Origin: Oculina patagonica
Taxonomy: Eukaryota
NCBI RefSeq assembly: GCF_052425735.1
Contig: NC_135769.1
Location: forward strand, 15,562,001-15,626,000
DNA: 64,000 bases
Direction: 5' to 3'
Below the pieces are notes generated by a model. It did no database searches, was not told where the DNA came from, and saw only the letters and a program-made list of their open reading frames with translations. The first letter of the stretch is position 1, and each line of letters begins with the position of its first letter. A program made the position numbers and the translations under genes. Below, one piece after another: positions 31,316 through 43,614 of this stretch.

Positions 31316-33053
31316 CAAAAGTAATGTCTTAAACTGCCATCGTGTCATTTGGAGCAAAGGTGATCAGCGTTTTATTTCTTCAAAACCAAGTTAAACATGC
31401 AGGCCATGAGAAGGGAGAATTTCTTTTGATGCGTTAGCAAATTATCCCAGCTGGCACTAGAAGAAATCTATGGACACCAGCTAGGAGAATTTGTACAACA
31501 GCTAAAGAGGAAATGCGATACGCGAAAGTTCCTAATTTAAGCCGCAACCACGTTAACAGTTGTGCCGAGAGTGGTTGAAAACGTTAATCGATAGAAGGAA
31601 ACAGGATCTGCAAACCAGTACAGCGAGTTTTATTTCGTGGTGTTGGGAAGCATGAAAACAATATTTTCTCACAAGTAGAAAATCACCGTTTTCAAAGAGT
31701 TGACATTGAGAAACACGCGGATGGAAAGGGTTCTAAAAAATAATGCGAAGCTAATAGCTTGGAAAAATTCTGACTTGATTAAGCTTCAGGCCAGATAGCC
31801 CAAATTTTCAGTTGTATCACCGTACTTTTATTCGAACACGCATTCACATTCTTTTCTGAAACAAGATGGGTGAATCCGTCGTGGAAATAGCAACAAATTT
31901 TAATATGTGTAAGTATGAAGATAATATAGGTAGATAATAAATGGAATCTATTTAAGAGGTAAATAACAAGATTTCTGTCAAAAGAAACCGATTATATAAT
32001 ACAGATGTGATATTGTACATAGTTGAAGGTCGTGTAAGAAAAAGAATTCTGGTGTTTTTTAGTGTCGAATTTCTATTTCATATTTAATGTTAGGTAACCA
32101 TTACCATGTGTGCTCAGTAGACTTACCGTTGGGCAAAGAATTACGTCTGGGTATTAAAGAGGGCACAGTATTTCGATAAAACAGTCCTTTCCACTTTGGC
32201 TTTGCATAAGATAACCTGTGTATATAACTGGTTAAAAAATCAAGCAACACGCATTAGCAAATCAGATTACACCTACTGCTTTTCGGCCAATCACAGTAAA
32301 TATGCTATTTTCAGCAAATCGTGACTTGGCTTCAACTTGCATGTCTTGGCGCTGGTTTCATGTTTTCCCGCGCTTGGCGCCGGTAGCAGCTATATTCCCA
32401 CGCTTGGCGCCGTTTGCGTGTTTTCCCGCGCTTGGCGCCGTTTGCACGTTTTTGCTTTGAGTTTTGATTTGTTTTGTTTTTTTCTATTTTGCTCTTTTTT
32501 TGATGAGAACTGTAACTTGCTTGTTCCCTTGTGCCGTGAAAATAGCTTAGTTTGACCTTGCTAAGTTACGTGAAAAAGAATTAGAAGGGCTGGCTCCCTT
32601 ATTAATGAGAATACAGTATATTTATTAGCCGGTTTTAAATCGAAATATTTTTAGCAACACACCGGAATGTTTTAAAAATTGGTTAATGTTCTAGAATCAG
32701 AATGACTGGTAACAGTGAATATGTTTACCTCAAATCGAACAAATATTAAATAGCCTTGTTTTTGAAAAAATAATCGTCTGAATGGGTGGTTATCCTTTGG
32801 AACGTTCACTTTTATGTGGGAATGGTATTTGTTTTGTAATCAAACTGACACTGGAAAATAGTCTCCACTGTCCAGCAGTTATCGGTTTTCAGAATAATCC
32901 AGAATTTCTAGGCTACAGGAGTTTACATTGCGTCATCTGCAAGAGTCAATAAACTTGTTTCTACACTTCTTATTTTCGTTTCGATCTTTTGAGGTTGTTA
33001 CTTTAGATTGATACTACAGATTGTTCTATTATTTTTTTGTTCATCATAGGTTA

Positions 33054-33202
33054 CAGTCAACTCTCGTGATAACGGACACCTTCGGGACCACAATTTGCTG
33101 TCCACAATAGAGAAAGTCCGTAGTAGGGGGAGTTATTAACAGTAATTCTCGTGATAGCGGGTGTCCGTAATAGCGAGGTGTCCCCAAAGCGGAAGTTGAC
33201 TG
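33054..33202. mobile_element. pogo/Tigger-like MITE, TA TSD
   Basis: ta|CAGTCAACT ... AGTTGACTG|ta. Confidence 0.7.
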
Positions 33203-35862
33203 TAAAAATTTTAAGATTGGACTTGGCGTGTATGTTTGTAGATCTACGTAGTTAACGTAAAGAAAACTGCGACTTAATGAAGTGCTCACAAAGTACACGC
33301 GAGATGTAAATTAATGGAGTTTGCAAACTTGGTTTTTTTGGGTGTTGACAATATTTACTATGTTGGATTGTACAGCGTGGTGAAATGTTGATGTATAATT
33401 CCAGGATAATTGCATAGTAATAAACAGATGTAATTTATTTCTCAAATGTTTGTGTTTTCCTCTTTGTCCGTTGTTCTTGGGAAGAAAAATATTCGCAAAA
33501 ATATTGCAATAACTTATTTGGAAAGAGAGGCTCCTTCACAGCTGCTATTTGGATCATCACAGCTTTCCGTAACTGTTCATTAACGCCAGGTTTACACGGG
33601 CATTTTTTATGTGACAAATATATTTGATCGTGTAGATGACACAACTATTATTTGGCAGCAGTCCAATGTTTAGTGCACCAGTAATGATCTTGGACAACAG
33701 AGATACGGTACGCCCGCACAGTACCCAGTGGAAGATTGTTACCACACACACTGACACAATATTTGCCACATTGTAGGTGATGAGTCGTCTACACGAGCAA
33801 TTTTAATATTTTGGAGGATTTATTAAAATCGCAGTTTATTCGCTTTTCGCTGTTCATTTGCTTTTGTTTTTACTTTGGAGACTCACCTGGGAATCGGTGC
33901 TGTCAAGAAATGCAGGAAATGTATCCTAGATTTATAGAATGAATGTGTATGTACTCTGACATGTTTAGACCTTTCCCCATATTTTGCGCGTTGTGCTTGC
34001 CTATAATTCTTCCCACAATTCCTCTTATATTCGTACCCAGATTCCCCGTAAGTTTCGCGCCCTTCAAAAGAAAGAAACAAACACTCAAGTTTTCTGGTCT
34101 GTTTGAGCAGGTTTAAAATGATTGCTCTCTTCATTGTGGAAAGAAGCTGTTTTGCTGTTGATTCTTTCAAATTCTGTTGAAGCCAAAAGAGCTATAAACT
34201 GTAAGTAATCAATCTCAGCCTTCCTTTTCCTGTCATTTGATACGATGACTGTCTTGTATAAAAGTGATCAAAGTTCTTCAAAGCTATTTCCACCTGTTTG
34301 AACTCAAGGATTGTGCAGTTTGTTATTCCTGCCTGATTTAACATATTTAACAAAATTCTGATTCATTAAAGCACCAAGCGTACTTAAATACTGGAAATCG
34401 ATCGTCGGAAATCCAGTCGGAGGTCCGATATCAGCTTAGCTTAGAAGTTTATAGTTAGCTTATAAGCTAAATTATTAAGCTAATTAAACTTTCAACTTAC
34501 GTTCATCGTTTGGTGATGGTAAAGCTCCCTGTTTACAGAACAACTAAACTCAACTTATTTCTGTTCTGGGCCCCATGCATAATGACACCAAAAATATAGC
34601 GAAACAACGTCAAGAACCTCGAGTCATTTATGCAAAATACTAGACGACTGTGTAGTAAGAGTTACCAAAGAGCTGTAAATGTTGCAAATTGCATCATATG
34701 AAGCAAGTTGGAACCCGTTTCCTTTTAAGTTTCGAATAATAAATACGTATTGCATGCCCTTTCTAGTAATGATATCTTGCTTGTAAATGTTAGATCAGAA
34801 AAATGACACAAGTATTGCTATATCGTCCAATGGTGGGAGGAGAGAGGGTGGGTAGATGGATTCTCAAGGAGGCAGGAACTGGGAGAAATGAAGGGAGCGT
34901 CAGGGAAGAATTTTGCAACACTTCATAATGCATCAGTCCATTCCAGCATTGCCCATGCCTCCACCCCACACACCCCAGCATGACCCCTGGGAATTAGGAT
35001 TTTCTTGAAACCAACATGCAAATGCCTCACTACCAGGACAAACTGGCTGTTCTAATGCCCCAAAGGTAGTGGCTTGTAAATGTTTATTTTCCTTGTCTCT
35101 TGTCTTACTTTGACCAAAATTTCATCTAATTACAGCCAAACTAAGTCATAGCTGTAGGTCTTATTCCTTTCAAATATAATTACCAAATTGGTCATTCTGC
35201 AGGCCTAGCCTCCCATTTACCGGTATGTCCTATGTAGAAACGAATGTCAGACAACTCGCCCCCAATTTTGCCTACGAGTCGTTTTGCTAACGAACAGTTT
35301 GCCAAAGTTGTCTCTCTTTGCACATGCTTTAAGAACGAGAAATATTCAGGTTTTCACTCTCTTTTACCAAAACACAAGTCGGAGACAAATAATATTGTCT
35401 TAAGATTGGGGGCGAGTTATCTGGGGCGAATTTTTTAGGGGGCGAGTTGTCTGGATACCGTAGAAACTTATCGTGGTATTTATCAATGAATTGGTCATTA
35501 AAAAAGCCGTAATGCTGTAAGGTGAAAAAGCAAGATGGTCAAAATTATGCCCCAGGATAATTGGGTGGAAGGCTAATTCCCAACCCACGGGTTGGCCATT
35601 ATGGGTAAATGCCCCACTATTGCCTGAGGGATGGGCATTGCTGGATTGACTGATGCATAGTTTTTTGTATATAGAAAAAGCACCATCAGGTGGGAACCAC
35701 TCTGGAAGGGAAGGGAACCGGGAGTAAAACATTTGTGAAGTGCGAAGTTCCATTTCAGAAGTCCAGATCCTCCTGGCTCTGTGAACTGGGGTCCTGTACC
35801 AAATCTAATGAAAAGTTTTCACTGAGGATTAATACTCAATCTGATTCCTCCCTCAGGAAAAC

Positions 35863-36318
35863 ATGGCACAAGAAATCAACAGGCGAGGAGATTTGAGTTT
35901 ACATATTTTCCAAAAATGGAAGGATACCAATATTGGCATTATTGTAGCACCAGTGCTTGCTTTTGTCATGGAATACCCCATCGCCACCTTGTTCATTACA
36001 GTCTTCACTGGACTCTCAGCTTTGCCTATTGTGCTGTTCATTTCATTTGTGCTATACAGCTTCCTCTTCACAATACTTGGATTTGCAATGGTGGAAGGAA
36101 CACTGTTGATGATCGCTGTCTCTCTGCTTAGTGGTGTGATATTTTTTGTCATTTTTGTCTCAATCTGCATAACAGCACTGCTTATTCTTACCTGGAGTTC
36201 AGCTGCTGTTGGTTACAGCTTGGCCCAAAAGTTGCAAGGGATTCTTCGTTACTTTTTTCCATCACTTAATATTATTTTGGAGAACTGTTCAGCAATGGGA
36301 CAGTCAAGATCAGACTAA
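35863..36318 (+). CDS. LDAF1: Promethin / lipid droplet assembly factor 1 (TMEM159 family)
   Basis: 151 aa with a long hydrophobic double hairpin. EYPIATLFITVFTGLSALPIVLF and ..GFAMVEG resemble promethin HPFLAFTLLVFIVMSAVPVGFF and ..ILEG. Splice acceptor TCCTCCCTCAG|GAAAAC immediately upstream of the ATG (5' UTR intron). Confidence 0.8.
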   Translation: MAQEINRRGDLSLHIFQKWKDTNIGIIVAPVLAFVMEYPIATLFITVFTGLSALPIVLFISFVLYSFLFTILGFAMVEGTLLMIAVSLLSGVIFFVIFVSICITALLILTWSSAAVGYSLAQKLQGILRYFFPSLNIILENCSAMGQSRSD

Positions 36319-39132
36319 AACATGGACACAATCTATGTGAACATGACTTTAAACACAATTTTTGCCAAAAAAACACTGAAATTCTCTTTAATGACCAGTA
36401 AAACTTGGTCACTTAATATTATAACTGTGTTACATGTAGATTACAAATTTTAAGTTAAGGGTAGCCCCTATAGTAGCCCCAACTGTTATGAGGTATTCAT
36501 CAGTGGGGCTTAGGGATGGGAGGGTTAGGGCAGAAGGGGGGGGGGCACTATTTTAGTGGTCAGTGGAGACCAAAAAATTCCTTTTTAATTTAACTTACAA
36601 ATTATTGCACAATGTTAAAAGGGGTCTCAAGCAAAAAGAGATGATGTTGGGTACAAATGGACTCGCCAAAAACTAGCCTATGTGTCAGATATAAAACTAA
36701 AAAGAATAGACAAAAATTCCAAACTCCATAAAGTACACTATATCTTTGGCATAAAATGATGATAGATAGATAAATAGTCTTGATAATCTTGAAAGGAGAG
36801 AATAACTATTCATGGTCTGTGTAAAAGTTGCTGTGACAACAAAAACTATCGAGAAAATATTCAAAGATCTCCCAACAGGAGTCCATCATTGCCACCCATG
36901 TTTATTACAAATCTCAAAAATTCCTCTTACAGTACACACAGCTCGCCCCAAACAAAATACTAGGGAAAATTTATGGCTACAAAAATTTACCTATTTCAAA
37001 CCTAGAAGAGTGCTTAAATTTGAACCTCTAGATCACTTTCATTCTTGAGTACCTGAGCACAATGTATTGTATTAATATTTTATACTTGAAATGGCAAAGA
37101 GTGTTTTTTGCACACAATATAATAAATTATATTAGAATGATTAGCCCTCTTATTTTCAACAAAGCAACAGTTTTTTTAATTCTGGTCAGTCTTTTATGGA
37201 ATTTTAGTGTGCTTGCACCATAGACTCGATTGTGTTCTACAAAAAATTATAATTAACTTAAAGGTTTGGTAAGATTATCTAGTTTACTAGATGGGACTAC
37301 TGATCAAACCAGTGGTATCTGAGTCACAAGAAAGGGTGAAAGGAGACAATATATTTTGTGGAGTACATAATTTTTATCAGGGCTTATTTAAAGTTGTAAT
37401 AGTTATGTTGATATATTTTGGTCACCCACATCAGTATTGGTTATTTATCAATTGAAGCAATGTATTGCTCTATTCCCTTGATTTTATAGTGTTACTATGG
37501 TGTATTTGAAGTACAGTAACTTTTTATTTATGAAACTCAGTATTGTTGGAAAACTGTGGAAATGATAATAAATTTTTCCGGTCCCATGCTTTATCGTTGC
37601 TAAAGTTATGTGTTAATAATTATGCGTGGTTACGCTACTCTAGATAATCATGATTTTTCCAGTGTAATTTTGCCTTGGGTGGAATAGCCAGGACTTCATT
37701 AACTCACATAAATGTGTTAATTGTTGTACCCAGTTAATTGAGGTTCCTTCTACCCACAAAATTCAAGTGGATGAATTCTCAGTCTCTTATCTTATCTTAA
37801 GATTTTTACCGACCTAATTATATGTAGATGTAGATGTAGATGTAGATACATGTACACACCTCTTCATGAAATATCCATTTGCTGATCATGCACTGTCCAA
37901 AACTTCACCTTTGATTGGTAGGCTTACTGTGAGAACTGAATGAGACTTAAATACATAAATGGTAGGGCAAAGTCTGTGTCCAGCCTAGCGGCCTGAGGGG
38001 TACTCTATTCTAACTATAGGAAGGCCTCTTTTTCTTTAGGGTTTCTATTCTTATTCCGGTCAGATTTCTGGCAAGTAATACCCTATTCTTAGTAGACCAA
38101 AACTCTCTGATTCCAAGTACTCTATCCCAGACTAAAAAACTGCTTGAAAACCACACACTTTACAGCGGCACATATCTATATAGCTCATAATATATGGGAT
38201 TCTGATTTTAAATTCTGATTCAATCTTGTTCCCAGGGTCTCCCTCTCTCCACACCCCTGAGCAAGAGAACAGGCAGCAGGGAGAAAGAGACCCTTGGAAC
38301 GAGATTGATTCTGATTTTGATTTTCAACCGTGCGGGTAGGAGGCCTCCTGTAGCCTGAATAGAAAATTAAAGTTACACCTTACTTGTACATGGTTTAGCA
38401 AGTAACTATTATTCTCCTTTTTTCTGAGCCCCCCAAATGTCAGCCGCTTTTTTCAAAATCAAACTCTTCTAGCTTATGGATGGGAATCATTTTTAAGCCA
38501 GGCGGCAATGATTTTCCAGTGAATCAAGCCAGGCCCCTATAATACCTAGAGAGAACACTCCCTTTTATATACTTCAGCCTGAAAAAGGTAGCCCTTTCAG
38601 GCAATGCTTCCCCATAGAAGCCACTACAGGGAATATTCCCCTCCCTCCAGGTTAATGGAAGCTTCCAAGCACTTTCAGTGTTATTTCAAGCTACTGCTTG
38701 AAGAAATTTCTCATAAAAATGTTGCCCTCACCCCTGATGGTATGCTAGCCCAGTACTTTTCATGTACAGGTCTGGCGCTTTTCTGTTTGTTTAAAAATTG
38801 TTGGGCGTAAAGTTGGTTGTAGAGGCCAACAGATCACAGGGCCTTACATTGTTTGGGCCCTCACCTTATCCCCACTTGATGGCACATTTATGAAATTCAT
38901 ACCATTACACATTCAGGTATTTGCTGTTGAGGACAGCCCAGTCTGCAATGGATGATAAATTTCCCCTTAAAAAATTGAAGCTGTTTTTGACCTGACGATA
39001 GAAGTGCGGTGATCCAAATAAATGTGATGGTACTAAACAACTTGTTTTATTAAAAATTGAATAATTTATAGCAGCTTGTCTTCATTTATGTTACTAAAGT
39101 AGGAGTCCTGGTGACAGCAAGGTTACTGTAAG

Positions 39133-40968
39133 TGGGAGGGCAGGCGGTGAGAAGCTCACAGCTACGTCCTTCCAGGGAGGAGGGAGGAGGGGAGGAGGGA
39201 GGGCAGGCGGTGAAAAGCTCACAGCTACGTCCTTCCAGGGAGGAGGGAGGAGGGGAGGAGGGAGGGCAGGCGGTGAGAAGCTCACAGCTACGTCCTTCCA
39301 GGGAGCAGGGAGGAGGGAGGGCAGGCGGGAAAAGCTCACATCTACGTCCTTCCAGGGAGGAGGGAGGGCAGGCGGGAGAAGCTCACAGCTACGTCCTTCC
39401 AGGGAGGGGGAGGAGGGAGGAGGGAGGGAGGCGGGAGAAGCCACAGCTACGTCCTTCCAGGGAGGAGGGAGGAGGGAGGGCAGGCGGTGAAAAGCTCACA
39501 GCTACGTCCTTCCAGGGAGGAGGGAGGAGGGAGGAGGGAGGGCAGGCGGGAGAAGCTCACAGCTACGTCCTTCCAGGGAGGAGGGAGGAGGGGAGGAGGG
39601 AGGAGGGAGGGCAGGCGGGAAGCTACAGCTACGTCCTTCCAGGGAGGAGGGAGGGAGGCGGGAGAAGCCACAGCTACGTCCTTCCAGGGAGGAGGGAGGG
39701 CAGGCGGTGAAAAGCTCACAGCTACGTCCTTCCAGGGAGGAGGGAGGAGGGGAGGAGGGAGGAGGGAGGGCAGGCCATGAGAAGCCACAGCTACGTCCTC
39801 CAGGGAGGAGGGAGGAGGGGAGGAGGGAGGAGGGAGGGCAGGCCGAGAAGCTTACAGCTACGTCCTTCCAGGGAGGAGGGAGGGAGGCGGGAGAAGCCAC
39901 AGCTACGTCCTCCAGGGAGGAGGGAGGGCAGGCGGTGAAAAGCTCACAGCTACGTCCTTCCAGGGAGGAGGGAGGAGGGGAGGAGGGAGGGCAGGGGTGA
40001 GAAGCTCACAGCTACGTCCTTCCAGGGAGCAGGGAGGAGGGAGGGCAGGCGGGAAAAGCTCACATCTACGTCCTTCCAGGGAGGAGGGAGGGCAGGCGGG
40101 AGAAGCTCACAGCTACGTCCTTCCAGGGAGGAGGGAGGAGGGAGGAGGGAGGGCAGGCGGTGAGAAGCTCACAGCTACGTCCTTCCAGGGAGGAGGGAGG
40201 AGGGAGGGCAGGCGGTGAAAAGCTCACAGCTACGTCCTTCCAGGGAGGAGGGAGGAGGGAGGAGGGAGGGCAGGCGGTGAGAAGCTCACAGCTACGTCCT
40301 TCCAGGGAGGAGGGAGGGGGAGGAGGGAGGGAGGCGGGAGAAGCTCACAGCTACGCCCCAGGGAGGAGGGAGGAGGGAGGAGGGAGGGAGGCGGGAGAAG
40401 CTCACAGCTACGTCCTTCCAGGGAGGAGGGAGGAGGGGAGGAGGGAGGAGGGAGGGCAGGCCGTGAGAAGCTCACAGCTACGTCCTTCCAGGGAGGAGGG
40501 GAGGAGGGAGGAGGGAGGGCAGGCCGTGAGAAGCTTACAGCTACGTCCTTCCAGGGAGGAGGGAGGAGGGGAAGAGGGAGGAGGGAGGGCAGGCCGTGAG
40601 AAGCTCACAGCTACGTCCTTCCAGGGAGGAGGGAGGAGGGGAGGAGGGGAGGAGGGAGGAGGGAGGGCAGGCGGTGAGAAGCTCACAGCTACGTCCTTCC
40701 AGGGAGGAGGGAGGAGGGGAGGAGGGAGGAGGGAGGGCAGGCCGTGAGAAGCTCACAGCTACGTCCTTCCAGGGAGGAGGGAGGAGGGGAGGAGGGAGGA
40801 GGGAGGGCAGGCGGTGAAAAGCTCACAGCTACGTCCTTCCAGGGAGGAGGGGAGGAGGGAGGAGGGAGGGCAGGCCGTGAGAAGCTCACAGCTACGTCCT
40901 TCCAGGGAGGAGGGAGGAGGGGAGGAGGGAGGGCAGGCAGTGAAAAGCTCACAGCTACGTCCTTCCAG
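39133..40968 (+). repeat. Purine-rich minisatellite, ~30+ units of variable length
   Basis: Constant core GCAGGCGGTGAGAAGCTCACAGCTACGTCCTTCCAG separated by variable GGGAGGA/GGGA tracts. Confidence 0.95.
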
Positions 40969-43614
40969 ATCAGCCATCCCCAATTCAGCGACATTCCTCA
41001 CTTTCAAATTCCGGCCCATTATCAAACACGAGACAAGTCAGTTTGTTTCATCACATTTTCAAACACCAAGAAGAGAGTTAAAATAATTATGATACAGTAT
41101 ATTTGACAAAATTCGTTTTTTTTTTTGTCTTCTCAATCAAAAGATCACTGCCTAAGAATTTGGGAGCTGTAGTGCCTCATGGTTAGCCTGTCCAACTCCA
41201 GAACCAGTCTATGAATCTGGCAAGTCAGTTCTAGTGTCCTTGTACAAAATGCCTCTTTCACAGTGGCTTCATTATTAGACAACACACTACCTTTTTAGCT
41301 CTGCCATACTCTTTCCAGGTATGTTTGGTTTTCCCCTACCACAGATAAGGGGCATAAAAGGTTTATGATGGACAACGGCGAGATACATGGCGCATGCACA
41401 TGTTTACCGAGATACCTTACCTTAGAAAAAGACAACATCACTCATGAAATGATACACTTTACTCTGAAACAGGGCCTTGTATCAAACTTTACATGAACTC
41501 AGTTACTTCACTAGTGCTACAAAAATCAAAAAATATATTTTTATATCTAAAATAACTTTTAACAGAAGAAAATTAATCAACAGCTGCAAAGCACTGGAGG
41601 ACTGAGGAAGCCACCACTTGAAGCACAGTATTATTTAAGTTAATCAATTATCAGTGTTTAATTGACGATGCGATGCGAAAAAGATGAATCACAAGACATT
41701 CCATTTTAATGTTTAACAACAAAAAACTGTACTGCGAGACTTATGTTGCCATTTAAACACAGACCATGTTACATTGGAGAAATCTGTGTAAGCTACAAAT
41801 TTTGAAGCACTGTTTGGCATGAACTGACTGATATTTGAAATAACACTTTATTTACAATCATCCAAAACCTCACAAATTCCCCTGGAATTCCTGTGTTAAT
41901 CAATGACAACTTTTACGCACAATATGCATTGTAAAATAGTCACATTGAAATTATTTTGATATACATCATGGTCACTTGATTGGGAGAAAGAAGCACTTAT
42001 TAAGTAGAAATGTATTTGATATTTGACCCAACATCTAAGAACATTATCTCAAAGAGACAGCCTCTTATTAAACATGTTCTTACTTAGGTAGATACTTACA
42101 ATTTAATTCTTCACACTTGCATTGAACTGTAAAATACACTTCCTGAATCAATAAATTTCTAATACTATTAGGTACTACCTAACTTACACTTCTCACTATT
42201 ATTTACTGTTCTAGATTCTTAAAATTTAAGAAGCTTTAATTTGTTTGTTATTTTTATAAAAAGTCAACAAGCTGTCCAATTACTACTAATCGGTTTATTT
42301 GAATTATAATAATAAATCATCGTTAATTTTGGTTAATATGCTGACACGCACTGCATCGCTGGCTCGCAATGATACTTCATTACACATTAAAGCTATCTCC
42401 TTTAAAAGCTGTTTCAAATATAACAGTGAATTTGGCATTTTGGCATCAGGTCAATAAATGATAAAATGCTGCAAGATCTTTTCTTATACAGGGCTTTCAC
42501 TAAGACTCAGCTCACACTAGTGCTACGGTGGATGTTTTGTCATGAATAGCTGGCTAAAATTTATGCAGCCCCTTTCAGCTTCTTATAATGCTCTCCCATG
42601 GGTGCCACAAAAAGCAGCCACCTTCTACAAATCCTATTGAAAGCCCTGCTTGTAGCATGCACAGTAATATACCACTGCTCTTAAAGGTAAAACTGAACAT
42701 GGTTGTAGCCTGTGTTGGCAAATTGTAATTGTTTAAATGTTAATCCTATGTCTGTCACTCAAAACAAAGGAAAGAGCAGAGCATTAAAGAAAAGTGGAAG
42801 AACATGGATAAATGTAAGACTCCTAATAGAAAGCTCTTGCTGATCTTTCATCTTTCTTGATGAGACTTAATTCAATCTGAAAAGGACTTATCTGTAAATA
42901 TGATTTTATCTTGTAAACATGGCACTGCTTGGCAGTAAAAAGTTTACATTTTGCTGGATTGAACCTTCATGGACATCTCACATGACTTAGCTGAGCTACA
43001 CCACTTGATGCATAAAACAACCTCTTCCACTTTCCTATAAGTCTTTTTCTGTGCATTATATTGCAGCATTTTTTAGCCACCAAAATTTTTTAGAGACTTC
43101 TGTGCATGTCTCGACTCACTGCAGGCAAGCTTCATAAGTTATAATATCCAAGCTTTATCAAACTTTTGATAGTAATTATTATCAAACAACTGGTCAAAAC
43201 CAGCATAAAATGTAGTTTGGCCCTTTGTTTTGTGATAATCATCACAGACTTTGTTATGTATTAATACTGACTATACACAAATAGAATAGAAAAATTCACA
43301 ACCTAAACAATACTAACCTACATATATCAACCAGAATATTCTCAAAGTACTAAGAAAGAAGTAAAAAAGTTCCTTTTTTGGCAGTCCACAAGAGTGCTTG
43401 TCGTTATGTATGCTTTAGCAATTCACTTTTCTTATCTAAATAAACATTCTTTTAGACACAACCAAACAAATTGGAATGCCTTAACCTTGCTGCTGCCTAA
43501 GGACTGATTTAAGCACTTGTTTCTTGTTATCCCATCTACCCTGACATGATACCCTTTTAAATTGCAATATCTTGAACACATACATTGTATGACACTGTTC
43601 TTTGAGCTTTTGAG

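Noticed and set aside
39133-40968. CRISPR-like appearance (constant repeat plus variable spacers) and many overlapping ORFs
   Set aside because: The spacers are only length variants of GGA/GGGA tracts, there are no cas genes and the context is eukaryotic. The ORFs are by-products of a stop-poor repeat.
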